Source of the DNA: an uncultured Rheinheimera sp.
GTDB lineage: Bacteria > Pseudomonadota > Gammaproteobacteria > Enterobacterales > Alteromonadaceae
DNA: 64,000 nt
Direction of reading: 5' to 3'
Assembly (NCBI GenBank): GCA_964437935.1
Contig: CAYTIQ010000003.1
Location: 35,920 to 99,919, forward strand
The stretch's first letter is position 1. Each line of letters opens with the position of its first letter. This document shows, piece after piece, positions 18,585 to 28,411 of this stretch. A program made the position numbers and the translations under genes. Under the pieces are notes generated by a model. The model saw only the letters and a program-made list of their open reading frames with translations. It had not been told where the DNA came from and ran no database searches.

Positions 18585-19514
18585 CTAAAAAGCCAGCCAA
18601 TACATCAGTGCCATATTGACCAGCAGCAAACTAGCCGCGGTCGGCAGTTGTGCTTTGATCACACCGTGCTGATCGTTTAAGTTCAACAACAGCGCAGGCA
18701 CTAAATTAAAATTTGCCGCCATGGGCGTCATTAAGGTGCCGCAATAGCCACTAAACATGCCAATCGCCGCGACAACCGCTGGATTGGCTTGATGGTGGAT
18801 CATGAGCAGTGGGATGCCAATACCGGCAGTGATCACCGGAAATGCGGCAAAGGCATTGCCCATGATGATGGTAAACAAGGCCATGGCGCTACAATACAAC
18901 ACCACGACCGCGGCTTTGTGCTGTAAAAAAGTAAATTCTTGGGTAAACGCAGCGATGAGTTGACCAACGCCAGTTTGGTTAAAGACCAGGCCAAGCACGG
19001 CTAAAAGTTGAGGTAATACCACGGCAAAGCCCATGGCTTCAAGCAGGCGTTGGGTCTCTCGAGCGGCTTGCAACGGCGTGTCTTTGGTCAATAGCAAGGC
19101 CCAAATTAAACCGACTACGCAGGCAAATGCTAAGCAAATTAAGGTCACCGCACCTGGGTCAATCATCGCGTTCAACGAAGGCCAATACGCCACCACGGCC
19201 ATCGCCAGTAAGGTTAATCCAGGAAGAGCGAGCGCTGGGCCGAACATGGCATAACCGGCTGGCGCTTCAACAGCCGCATCGGTAGAGGGTTTGGCTTTTA
19301 GCAGACCAAGGCCTGCAATCAACGCCATCACTACCACTGCCGCACCGACCAGCTCGGCAGGCACGTAATCACCGGCTAGAAAAATCAGTCCATACAACGC
19401 CCAAAAACTGGCTGAACTGAGCCGGCTTGGGTGTTTGGCATCGGTGGCAATAAGCAGTGCTACCACCAATAAGATACAACCTAACAGCGGGTATAAACTT
19501 GCCGCGTTCATCAT
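18585..19514 (-). CDS. DUF979-family membrane protein (candidate 5-oxoproline/pGlu-peptide transporter subunit)
   Basis: MGNAFAAFPVITAGIG and GYCGTLMTPMAANFN signature; pcp context. Confidence 0.85.
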   Translation of the reverse strand: MMNAASLYPLLGCILLVVALLIATDAKHPSRLSSASFWALYGLIFLAGDYVPAELVGAAVVVMALIAGLGLLKAKPSTDAAVEAPAGYAMFGPALALPGLTLLAMAVVAYWPSLNAMIDPGAVTLICLAFACVVGLIWALLLTKDTPLQAARETQRLLEAMGFAVVLPQLLAVLGLVFNQTGVGQLIAAFTQEFTFLQHKAAVVVLYCSAMALFTIIMGNAFAAFPVITAGIGIPLLMIHHQANPAVVAAIGMFSGYCGTLMTPMAANFNLVPALLLNLNDQHGVIKAQLPTAASLLLVNMALMYWLAF

Positions 19515-20188
19515 AACCGACCCGCCTGAAGTTTATGATCAAACCGATACAGTCGGCTGGCATGAATAAGAAAAGCTGCGATAGCGGTCGGGATCCCGGC
19601 GAGTGCTATCGCCAAAGGCGTGGTGATAATGCCAGCTTCGGTAAGCACCGTGTGCATCAACATCACAGCGCCAAAGGCGACAAAAATATCTTCCCCAAAA
19701 AATAGTCCAATGTTATCAGTGGCGGCCGCCATGGCCTTGACTTTATCGGCAACAGTGGCGGGCAACGGGCCTTGATGGTGTTTCGCTGCCAATGCTTCGG
19801 CCATCGGCGCCAGCAGGGGGCGAACCATTTGTGGATGTCCACCAAGGCTGGTTAAACCAAGCGCCGCAGAGCTTTCTCGCACCGCTAAATAAATGATCAG
19901 CAGCCGGCCGACGGAGGCTGACTTGACCTGTGTGATCAACCGCTGTGCCTGCGCTTTTAATCCATGGCGCTCGAGTAAGCCAATAATGGCCAGCGGCAAA
20001 AATAAAATCAGCGGTAAAGAACGCGTTTTCAAAAAAGCCGTTCCTATGGCCGCGAGAGCGTCAAACAGCCCCATTTTGGCACCGATGCAGGTGGTGACCA
20101 ACGCCATCAATACCACCAACACAGGGTTTTTACGAAGTACAAACCCAACGACAATGACGGCGATCCCCAATAAAATCCAGTAATTCAT
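19511..20188 (-). CDS. DUF969-family membrane protein (candidate transporter subunit)
   Basis: LGGHPQMVRPLLAPMAE and DNIGLFFGEDIFVA signature; 4-bp overlaps with both neighbours. Confidence 0.85.
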   Translation of the reverse strand: MNYWILLGIAVIVVGFVLRKNPVLVVLMALVTTCIGAKMGLFDALAAIGTAFLKTRSLPLILFLPLAIIGLLERHGLKAQAQRLITQVKSASVGRLLIIYLAVRESSAALGLTSLGGHPQMVRPLLAPMAEALAAKHHQGPLPATVADKVKAMAAATDNIGLFFGEDIFVAFGAVMLMHTVLTEAGIITTPLAIALAGIPTAIAAFLIHASRLYRFDHKLQAGRL

Positions 20189-20916
20189 GGATAGACCTTT
20201 GTAATACAGACACCGCGCTGCAGTAGCTGTTGGCGAATGGTTTGTGCAAGTTGCACGGCGTCTTGGCTATCGCCATGCACACAAATGGATTGCACCGTGA
20301 GAGGGGTTGTCATGCCGGCGATAGCCGCACCGCTTGCCAACTTTAATGCCTGAGTCACCGCGGCGTGACCTGTTAACAAGGCGTTGGGCTGACTGCGTGG
20401 TGTTAATGTTCCATCCGCTTGGTACTGGCGATCCGCAAAGCCTTCTGTAATGACTGGAATTTGTCTGGCATGGCATAACTCAAATAAGGCTCCAAACGGC
20501 AACGTCATCAGCGAAACCTTAGGAAACACCCGTTGAACCGTATCTAACAGTAACTGTGCCAGTTGTTGATCTTTGATGACATCGTTGTACAAGGCACCAT
20601 GTGGCTTGACATGATGCACAGGCATAGCGCGGTTAGCACACAAGGATTTAAAGGCATCCAGTTGCTGACTTAAACTGTCGGCAAGGGCATTGTCAGACAA
20701 CGCCAGTCTTTGACGGCCAAAGCTAGCGCGGTCAGGGTAAGACGGATGAGCCCCCGCGGCAACGCCAAAGGATGCACAGATATCCAAGGTGCTGGCGGTT
20801 AAGGCCTGCGACCCTGCGTGTGCGCCACAACAGATATTGGCACTGCTTAACAGCGGGATGAGCTGCGCGTCCGTGGCATAGCCTTCGCCTACATCAGCAT
20901 TTAAATCAATTTGCAT
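20185..20916 (-). CDS. pxpA: 5-oxoprolinase subunit A (LamB/YcsF family)
   Basis: IDLNADVGEG, SANICCGAHAG, GAHPSYPD, VKPHGALYN, EGFADR and CVHGD motifs. Confidence 0.9.
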   Translation of the reverse strand: MQIDLNADVGEGYATDAQLIPLLSSANICCGAHAGSQALTASTLDICASFGVAAGAHPSYPDRASFGRQRLALSDNALADSLSQQLDAFKSLCANRAMPVHHVKPHGALYNDVIKDQQLAQLLLDTVQRVFPKVSLMTLPFGALFELCHARQIPVITEGFADRQYQADGTLTPRSQPNALLTGHAAVTQALKLASGAAIAGMTTPLTVQSICVHGDSQDAVQLAQTIRQQLLQRGVCITKVYP

Positions 20917-21038
20917 GAACCAGTACTACAGGTTAAAAAAACAGACACATTACCGGTGCTGTTGCAGGCTGTAAAGCTGGCTGGAGCAGGCTAAAACCGG
21001 TACATTGGCTGGTTTAAGTTCCTTAAAAGTACAAAATC

Positions 21039-21506
21039 ATGATGACGCACGACCCCTATCAGTACCGAATCGCTACGAAAGAGGATTTAACCGCTTTATA
21101 TGCCTTGGAGCTCGACGCATTTGGTGAGCCGGCATATCCGATTTTTTTATTTCGCCAAGCCATCGATCTGTGGCCGAAATATGTATGGGTTGCGACGTAT
21201 CAACACGAACTGGCTGCTTATGTCATGCTTGCGCCTGCCGCTGACAATCTTGATGTGCTTAGTCTGATGTCGTTTGGTATCGCCACGCAGCACCAAGGCA
21301 AAGGGCTTGGCCGGCGATTTCTGGCCAAACTGCAACAAGAATTACGTCAAACTCGCCCCAGCTTAGAGCGGGTGTGGCTAACGGTGAAGGCAGAAAATAC
21401 CGCTGCGCTTCGGCTGTATAGTGGCGCAGGCTTTGTGCAAACGGCGCAAGAGGCCGATTATTACGGCCCAGATACCGACCGAATTGTCTTAACTTGGCAA
21501 TGTTAA
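21039..21506 (+). CDS. GNAT N-acetyltransferase (RimI-like)
   Basis: Acetyl-CoA motif HQGKGLG and NTAALRLY..GF. Confidence 0.85.
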   Translation: MMTHDPYQYRIATKEDLTALYALELDAFGEPAYPIFLFRQAIDLWPKYVWVATYQHELAAYVMLAPAADNLDVLSLMSFGIATQHQGKGLGRRFLAKLQQELRQTRPSLERVWLTVKAENTAALRLYSGAGFVQTAQEADYYGPDTDRIVLTWQC

Positions 21507-21571
21507 TCGGCCATTAAAATGTGCGAAAACAACGCGCTAAGCCACGTTTTTATTGGGGTTGCAACAAAGGC

Positions 21572-21600
21572 TCGACGCGCCGAAAAACCCTCGTTATAAT
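21572..21600 (+). promoter_or_regulatory. Sigma70 promoter of tig
   Basis: TCGACG-N17-TATAAT. Confidence 0.6.
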
Positions 21601-21706
21601 GCCGCGTCCTATTTTTCATTAAACAGTTTGGGGAAGAAAAATAACAGCCCCGGACTTTGCTAAGCAGGCGTATTGCTACGCCCGATTTTGATTTTGAGGT
21701 AACAAA

Positions 21707-23017
21707 ATGCAAGTTTCAGTAGAAACCACTCAGGGTTTAGAGCGTCGCGTCAGCATCACAGTTCCTGCTGCTGCCATTTCTGTTGAAGTAGAAAAAGAGC
21801 TGCGCACGCTGGCTAAAACTCGTCGTATCAACGGTTTCCGTCCAGGTAAAGCACCAGTTGCAGTCATCAAAAAAATGTACGGTTTGTCAGTACTGCAAGA
21901 TGTTGCTTCTCGTCAAATGCAAAACCATTTCTATCAAGCTGTGATCAGCAACAAACTGAACCTGGCTGGTGCTCCGACATTCGCTCCAGGTCAATTAGCC
22001 GAAGGTCAAGACTTAGCATTCACTGCAACGTTTGAAGTCTACCCAGAAGTCGCGTTGACTGGCGTTGAGAATGTTGAAGTGACTAAACCAGTGGTTGAAA
22101 TCACCGAAGACGATCTGGCAACTATGCTGGAAACTCTGCGTAAGCAACATGCCACTTGGGCTGCTAAAGCTGATGCGGCTGCCTCAGGCGATCGCGTTGT
22201 GATGGACTTTGTTGGTTCAGTAGACGGTGAAGAATTCGAAGGTGGCAAAGCCACTGGCTTTAACCTGGAATTAGGCCAAGGCCGCATGATCCCAGGTTTT
22301 GAAGAAGGCATCATCGGCAAAAAAGCCGGCGAGCAATTCACTATCGACGTGACGTTCCCAGCTGAATATCACGCTGAAAACTTAAAAGGCAAAGCGGCTC
22401 AATTCGCCATCACTTTGCAATCTGTTGAAGGTCAAGTGCTGCCAGAAGTGAACGAAGAGTTCGTCAAACTGTTCGGTTTAACTGAAAACACAGTGGATGC
22501 GCTGAAAGCTGAAGTTCGCAAAAACATGGACCGCGAACTGAACCAAGCCATCAAAACTAAAGTGAAAGAGCAAGTGATCAAAGGCCTGTTGGCAAACCAC
22601 GAGCTGGAAGTGCCACAAGCATTGATCGATAGCGAAATCGACGTGTTACGTCGTCAAGCGCTGCAGCGTTTCGGCCAAAACTTAGATGCGAAAAACCTGC
22701 CAGAATTACCAGCAGCACTGTTCACTGAACAAGCCAAAGACCGCGTTAAAGTAGGTCTGTTATTAGGTGAAGTGATCAAGTCAAATAACTTGCAAGTTGA
22801 CGATGCTCGCGTTCAAGAGTTGATCACTACTATCGCGTCAGCCTATGAAGATCCAGCAGAAGTTGTGGCTTACTACAACAGCAACAAAGAACTGCTGCAA
22901 GGCATGCGCAATGTTGCTTTAGAAGAACAAGCAATCGATGCAGTTCTGGCAAAAGCCAAAGTCACTGAACAAGCGGCGAAGTTTGACGAAATTATGAACC
23001 CAGGCAAAGCCAACTAA
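21707..23017 (+). CDS. tig: Trigger factor
   Basis: [19 protein letters not shown] ribosome-binding motif, FKBP domain. Confidence 0.97.
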   Translation: MQVSVETTQGLERRVSITVPAAAISVEVEKELRTLAKTRRINGFRPGKAPVAVIKKMYGLSVLQDVASRQMQNHFYQAVISNKLNLAGAPTFAPGQLAEGQDLAFTATFEVYPEVALTGVENVEVTKPVVEITEDDLATMLETLRKQHATWAAKADAAASGDRVVMDFVGSVDGEEFEGGKATGFNLELGQGRMIPGFEEGIIGKKAGEQFTIDVTFPAEYHAENLKGKAAQFAITLQSVEGQVLPEVNEEFVKLFGLTENTVDALKAEVRKNMDRELNQAIKTKVKEQVIKGLLANHELEVPQALIDSEIDVLRRQALQRFGQNLDAKNLPELPAALFTEQAKDRVKVGLLLGEVIKSNNLQVDDARVQELITTIASAYEDPAEVVAYYNSNKELLQGMRNVALEEQAIDAVLAKAKVTEQAAKFDEIMNPGKAN

Positions 23018-23045
23018 CATTGACTTTCCACGGTTCGACAGTTTT

Positions 23046-23081
23046 AATGGCCTGAGCATCAAGTTCAGGCCATTTTATTTT
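23046..23081 (+). terminator. Terminator-like hairpin after tig
   Basis: AATGGCCTGA/TCAGGCCATT 10-bp stem followed by a T-rich tail. Confidence 0.7.
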
Positions 23082-23111
23082 GGGCCACAGCATTTTTCAG
23101 GAAGACTATTG

Positions 23112-23735
23112 ATGGTTATTGAGCGGAATATGAATGATTTAGTCAACGCGCTGGTGCCGATCGTTATCGAGCAAACTGCCAAAGGTGAGCGCTCCTTTGA
23201 TATTTATTCGCGTTTGCTAAAAGAGCGCGTGATTTTTTTAACCGGCCAAGTGGAAGACCACATGGCGAATCTGATTGTGGCGCAGTTGCTGTTCCTCGAA
23301 TCAGAGAACCCAGAGAAAGATATTTATATCTACATTAACTCGCCAGGCGGCTCTGTAACGGCGGGTTTGGCGATTTATGACACCATGCGTTATATCAAAT
23401 GTGATATCGCGACAGTGTGTGTGGGCCAAGCCGCCAGTATGGGCGCGTTTTTGTTATCTGGTGGCACCAAAGGCAAGCGCTACGTGTTACCGAACGCCCG
23501 AGTGATGATCCATCAGCCTTTGGGTGGCTTCCAAGGTCAGGCAACTGATTTTGAGATCCACGCCAAGGAAATCTTAACCATCAAAGAAAAGTTAAATCGT
23601 TTGATGGCCGAGCATGCGGGCAAATCGTATGAAGACGTCGTACGAGACACTGAGCGTGATAACTTCTTAAGCGCGCAACAAGCCTTGGATTATGGTTTAG
23701 TCGACCATATCCTGACAAAACGCGAAGCAAAATAA
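23112..23735 (+). CDS. clpP: ATP-dependent Clp protease proteolytic subunit
   Basis: [31 protein letters not shown] and MIHQP; ATG 23112 after AGGAAG. Confidence 0.97.
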   Translation: MVIERNMNDLVNALVPIVIEQTAKGERSFDIYSRLLKERVIFLTGQVEDHMANLIVAQLLFLESENPEKDIYIYINSPGGSVTAGLAIYDTMRYIKCDIATVCVGQAASMGAFLLSGGTKGKRYVLPNARVMIHQPLGGFQGQATDFEIHAKEILTIKEKLNRLMAEHAGKSYEDVVRDTERDNFLSAQQALDYGLVDHILTKREAK

Positions 23736-23781
23736 GTAAAACCTGCCTCGGAGTAGGCAGGTGTTGAAATGAGGTAATTCC

Positions 23782-25056
23782 ATGTCTGATCACCGCACTG
23801 ACGGCGATAAGAGCAATAAACTGTTGTATTGCTCTTTCTGTGGCAAATCACAGCATGAAGTGCGTAAGTTGATCGCAGGGCCACAGGTCTATATCTGTGA
23901 TGAATGCGTTGACCTATGCAATGACATTATTCGGGAAGAGATTAAGGATATTTCCCCGAAACGCGATGGTAGCAAGCTGCCAACGCCAAAAGAGATCCGA
24001 AACCATTTGGATGATTACGTCATCGGCCAAGAACACGCCAAAAAAGTGCTGGCGGTTGCGGTTTATAACCATTACAAGCGCTTGCGTAACGTCGGTCAAA
24101 AAGGCGATGTTGAACTTGGCAAAAGTAATATTCTGCTGATTGGTCCAACCGGTAGTGGTAAAACCTTACTGGCAGAAACCTTGGCTCGTTTGCTCGATGT
24201 GCCATTTACCATGGCCGATGCCACAACGCTTACCGAAGCTGGATATGTCGGTGAAGACGTTGAAAACATCATTCAAAAGCTGTTGCAAAAATGCGATTAC
24301 GATGTCGAGAAAGCACAACGTGGCATCGTCTATATCGATGAAATTGATAAGATTTCACGCAAGTCGGAAAACCCGTCCATCACTCGTGATGTCTCTGGTG
24401 AAGGCGTGCAACAAGCCTTGTTAAAACTGATCGAAGGCACAGTTGCTGCCGTGCCTCCACAAGGCGGGCGTAAGCATCCGCAACAAGAATTCTTGCAGGT
24501 TGATACCTCCAAGATCTTGTTTATCTGCGGTGGTGCGTTTGCTGGCCTTGATAAAATCATCGAGCAACGCAGTGCAAAAGGCTCCAGCATCGGCTTTGGC
24601 GCTGAAGTCAAAAGCAAAGAATCGAGCCGCAGCTTGACGGAAAGTTTCCGTGATGTGGAACCAGAGGATTTAGTGAAGTTTGGTTTGATCCCTGAGTTTA
24701 TCGGTCGTTTGCCTGTTGTGGCGACGTTGACTGAACTAGACTTAGCCGCGTTGATTCAAATCCTAACCTCGCCGAAAAACGCCTTGATTAAACAGTTTGG
24801 CGCCTTGTTCCAAATGGAAGGCGTGGAGCTGGAGTTCCGTGACGATGCATTAACGGCGATTGCTCAGCGTGCAATGGATCGCAAAACTGGCGCTCGTGGT
24901 TTGCGTTCTATCGTCGAAGGTGTATTGCTCGATACCATGTACGAGTTACCATCGATGCAAGACGTTGCCAAAGTGGTGGTCGATGAAAGCGTCATCAAAG
25001 GCGATTCAAAACCCATTTTGATGTACCAAGCCACCGATAAAGCGGTGTCTGAATAA
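23782..25056 (+). CDS. clpX: ClpX ATPase
   Basis: Zn-binding CSFC...[12 protein letters not shown] and [11 protein letters not shown]. Confidence 0.98.
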   Translation: MSDHRTDGDKSNKLLYCSFCGKSQHEVRKLIAGPQVYICDECVDLCNDIIREEIKDISPKRDGSKLPTPKEIRNHLDDYVIGQEHAKKVLAVAVYNHYKRLRNVGQKGDVELGKSNILLIGPTGSGKTLLAETLARLLDVPFTMADATTLTEAGYVGEDVENIIQKLLQKCDYDVEKAQRGIVYIDEIDKISRKSENPSITRDVSGEGVQQALLKLIEGTVAAVPPQGGRKHPQQEFLQVDTSKILFICGGAFAGLDKIIEQRSAKGSSIGFGAEVKSKESSRSLTESFRDVEPEDLVKFGLIPEFIGRLPVVATLTELDLAALIQILTSPKNALIKQFGALFQMEGVELEFRDDALTAIAQRAMDRKTGARGLRSIVEGVLLDTMYELPSMQDVAKVVVDESVIKGDSKPILMYQATDKAVSE

Positions 25057-25070
25057 TCGATATGCTTGCC

Positions 25071-25098
25071 AAAAAGGCCCTCCACTGGGCCTTTTTTT
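25071..25098 (+). terminator. clpX terminator
   Basis: AAAAAGGCCC-TCCACT-GGGCCTTTTTTT. Confidence 0.85.
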
Positions 25099-25269
25099 AT
25101 GGCGATGACTGAAGTGGTTTGTCAGACAAAAGGTAAAACACAGATCCCGCCGTGTACCTGATGCGTACAAAAGATGCAGCAACAAATAGTGCTAGCAGAA
25201 CAACTTGCGTAAGAAACCAACAATGCGCTTGCAGTGAACACAAAGAAATCGAGTTTTTTTTAAAACGGC

Positions 25270-25297
25270 GTTGAGTTCTATGTTTGCAGCCCCATAT
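25270..25297 (+). promoter_or_regulatory. Sigma32 (heat-shock) promoter of lon
   Basis: GTTGAG-N14-CCCCATAT matches the RpoH consensus CTTGAA-N13/14-CCCCATnT. Confidence 0.75.
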
Positions 25298-25340
25298 ACT
25301 CGATTAAACCTGCCTGCATGCACTACTCGAGAGACAATTA

Positions 25341-27737
25341 ATGACAGAGAATTCAGTCGAACGTTTGCATATGCCTGTGTTGGCATTGCGTGACGTGGTC
25401 GTCTATCCCCACATGGTGATCCCGCTGTTTGTTGGACGAGCCAAGTCCATCAAATGTTTAGATGCGGCCATGGACAAAGACAAACAAATTTTTTTGGTCG
25501 CGCAAAAAGACGCGGCATTGGACGATCCTACGGAACAAGACTTGTATCAAGTAGGTACCATTGCCACGATTTTGCAGTTACTTAAATTGCCTGATGGCAC
25601 CGTTAAAGTGTTAGTGGAAGGGGGCCGTCGTGCCAAGTTGGCCGGCTTTACCGAAACTGAAAACACCTTCATGGCCTATGTCGATGTGATCAAGTCCCCT
25701 GAGCTTGAAGGGCGTGAAGAGGAAGTGTTCTTACGCTCTGCGGTCAATCAGTTTGAAGGCTACATCAAGCTCAATAAAAAGATTCCTCCTGAAGTACTGA
25801 CTGCATTGTCCGGTATTGACGATGCGGCTCGTCTAGCAGATACCATGGCGGCACATATGTCGCTGAAGGTGGAAGACAAGCAAAAAGTATTGGAGATCAT
25901 CGATGTCAAAGAGCGCTTAGAGTTCTTGATGGCGATGATGGAAAGCGAAATTGATATTTTGCAAGTCGAACGCCGTATTCGTAGCCGCGTGAAAAAGCAG
26001 ATGGAAAAAAGCCAGCGCGAGTACTATTTGAATGAGCAAATGAAGGCTATTCAAAAAGAACTCGGCGAGTTGGACGACGCGCCAGATGAGTTTGAAACCA
26101 TCAATCGCAAAATTGACGCAGCGCAGATGCCAGCTGATGCAAAAACAAAAGCGACAGCGGAGCTGCAAAAGCTGAAAATGATGTCGCCGATGTCTGCTGA
26201 AGCGACCGTGGTACGCTCTTATATTGATTGGTTGACCCAAGTTCCTTGGAAAGCGCGTTCCAAAGTGAAAAAGAACTTGGCGCATGCCGAAGAAATCTTG
26301 GATGCCGATCACTATGGCCTGGAAAAGGTCAAAGAACGCATTCTGGAATATCTGGCAGTGCAGCAACGCGTCAACAAGTTAAAAGGCCCCATTTTGTGCT
26401 TGGTTGGCCCACCAGGGGTTGGTAAAACTTCGCTAGGTCAGTCGGTTGCCAAAGCCACTGGTCGTAAGTATGTGCGGATGGCGCTCGGTGGTGTGCGTGA
26501 TGAAGCCGAGATCCGTGGCCATCGCCGGACTTACATTGGTTCTATGCCAGGTAAAATCATCCAAAAAATGGCAAAAGTGGGCGTTCGCAACCCGCTGTTT
26601 TTGCTCGATGAAATCGACAAAATGGCCTCAGATTTTCGTGGTGACCCTGCCGCAGCGTTACTAGAGGTGTTAGATCCTGAGCAAAACGCAGCCTTTAGCG
26701 ATCACTATTTGGAAGTTGATTACGACTTGTCTGATGTGATGTTTTTCGCCACCAGTAACAGCTTGAACATTCCTGCGGCTTTGCTCGATAGGATGGAAGT
26801 GATTCGCTTGTCGGGTTATACCGAAGACGAAAAACTCAATATTGCTAAGCAGCACTTGGTCAGCAAACAAATGGAACGCAATGGCCTGCGTAAAGGTGAG
26901 TTAACCATCGATGACAGTGCTATCGTCGGGATTATTCGCTATTACACCCGCGAGGCGGGCGTGCGCAGTCTTGAACGTGAAATCTCCAAGCTGTGTCGTA
27001 AGGCCGTCAAAGAGATATTGCTGGGCAAATCGGGCAAGTCAGTGACGATTTCCGACAAAAATTTGGAAGACTACCTCGGCGTCCACCGTTTTGATTACGG
27101 TAAAGCCGAAGATAGCAATCGCGTAGGGCAAGTGACAGGCTTGGCATGGACCGAAGTCGGCGGTGATTTGCTCACTATCGAAGCGGCGGCAGTGGTCGGT
27201 AAAGGCAAACTGACCTTCACGGGTTCGCTTGGAGATGTGATGAAAGAGTCCATCCAGGCGGCCATGACGGTGGTGCGTAGTCGTACCGAACAACTGCGGA
27301 TCAATGCTGATTTCTACGAGCAACGTGATATTCATATCCACGTTCCGGAAGGCGCGACACCAAAAGATGGTCCAAGTGCAGGTATTGCGATGGTCACCGC
27401 TCTGGTATCAAGTCTAACCGGCAACCCAGTGCGAGCTGATGTCGCTATGACCGGTGAAATCACCTTACGTGGTGAAGTGTTACCCATTGGTGGCCTGAAA
27501 GAAAAACTGTTAGCGGCTCACCGTGGTGGCATCAAACGTGTGTTGATCCCTCATGACAACGTTCGGGATTTAAAAGACATCCCCGACAATGTGAAAAAAG
27601 ATCTGGAAATTCGTGCTGTGAAATGGATTGACGAGGTGTTGGAACTGGCTTTACAAGAGCCGCCAACCGGTATGTCTGTGATCACAGAGGAAAAAAAGAA
27701 CAGCAAAGCCAAAAAAAGCCAAAAAAATCCAGTTTAG
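25341..27737 (+). CDS. lon: Lon protease
   Basis: N-domain, GPPGVGKT, and PKDGPSAG catalytic Ser motif. Confidence 0.98.
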   Translation: MTENSVERLHMPVLALRDVVVYPHMVIPLFVGRAKSIKCLDAAMDKDKQIFLVAQKDAALDDPTEQDLYQVGTIATILQLLKLPDGTVKVLVEGGRRAKLAGFTETENTFMAYVDVIKSPELEGREEEVFLRSAVNQFEGYIKLNKKIPPEVLTALSGIDDAARLADTMAAHMSLKVEDKQKVLEIIDVKERLEFLMAMMESEIDILQVERRIRSRVKKQMEKSQREYYLNEQMKAIQKELGELDDAPDEFETINRKIDAAQMPADAKTKATAELQKLKMMSPMSAEATVVRSYIDWLTQVPWKARSKVKKNLAHAEEILDADHYGLEKVKERILEYLAVQQRVNKLKGPILCLVGPPGVGKTSLGQSVAKATGRKYVRMALGGVRDEAEIRGHRRTYIGSMPGKIIQKMAKVGVRNPLFLLDEIDKMASDFRGDPAAALLEVLDPEQNAAFSDHYLEVDYDLSDVMFFATSNSLNIPAALLDRMEVIRLSGYTEDEKLNIAKQHLVSKQMERNGLRKGELTIDDSAIVGIIRYYTREAGVRSLEREISKLCRKAVKEILLGKSGKSVTISDKNLEDYLGVHRFDYGKAEDSNRVGQVTGLAWTEVGGDLLTIEAAAVVGKGKLTFTGSLGDVMKESIQAAMTVVRSRTEQLRINADFYEQRDIHIHVPEGATPKDGPSAGIAMVTALVSSLTGNPVRADVAMTGEITLRGEVLPIGGLKEKLLAAHRGGIKRVLIPHDNVRDLKDIPDNVKKDLEIRAVKWIDEVLELALQEPPTGMSVITEEKKNSKAKKSQKNPV

Positions 27738-27847
27738 GGGCTTTTCAATTGCGCCGACTGTGCTAATTTAGGGGCAGTTTCGGCGCAGGCCTTGTTCGAC
27801 AAGGCTTAGCGCGGAGCGACAATTTTCAAGGACCCTTGGAAATAGGC

Positions 27848-27876
27848 TTGCAAGCGATACCATCGCTTGATATAAC
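27848..27876 (+). promoter_or_regulatory. Sigma70 promoter of hupB with an inverted repeat in the spacer
   Basis: TTGCAA-N17-TATAAC; CAAGCGAT-ACC-ATCGCTTG at 27851-27869. Confidence 0.6.
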
Positions 27877-27946
27877 AATGGCCGATGCCAAGCATTCAAT
27901 CTAAATCTGGTTGTAGAAAATAATAACAATTGAAGGGGATGATATT

Positions 27947-28219
27947 GTGAACAAGTCTCAACTTATCGACAAAATCGCTGCAGGTGCAGACATTTCTAAA
28001 GCGGCAGCGGGTCGTGCTCTTGACGCGTTCATCGAAGCCGTTGGCCAAGCATTAAAAGAAGGTGATTCAGTTGCGTTGGTTGGTTTTGGTACTTTTGCAG
28101 TTCGTGAACGTGCTGCGCGTACTGGCCGTAACCCACAAACTGGTGATGCAATTCCAATCGCAGCTGCCAAGATCCCATCTTTCAAGCCAGGCAAAGCTTT
28201 AAAAGACAGCGTTAACTAA
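27947..28219 (+). CDS. hupB: DNA-binding protein HU-beta
   Basis: GTG start; [11 protein letters not shown] and GFGTF...GRNPQTG; lon-hupB-ppiD synteny. Confidence 0.97.
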   Translation: MNKSQLIDKIAAGADISKAAAGRALDAFIEAVGQALKEGDSVALVGFGTFAVRERAARTGRNPQTGDAIPIAAAKIPSFKPGKALKDSVN

Positions 28220-28325
28220 GAACGATTGTCCGGCGCGCCGGGTGTGATGTTCAGGCTCATGAAGAGCTTTGCAGTGTAAAATGGTTTATCCGCAAACATT
28301 GTATCGACCTTTTCAAAGCTTCTAG

Positions 28326-28361
28326 AAAAAAGGCGCATCTGATAAGATGCGCTTTTTTTTT
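28326..28361 (+). terminator. Terminator about 110 nt downstream of hupB
   Basis: GCGCATCT-GATA-AGATGCGC followed by T9. Confidence 0.85.
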
Positions 28362-28411
28362 AAGCCAGCCGAAGTAGTGCCAACCATGGCAGTGAAAGAG
28401 AATCAATTAGC

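Noticed and set aside
27780-27815. GTTCGA loop suggesting a tRNA T-arm
   Set aside because: No cloverleaf, acceptor stem or anticodon arm; kept only as a hairpin.
28220-28325. tRNA genes after hupB, as found in some genera
   Set aside because: No T-loop or D-loop consensus and no cloverleaf.
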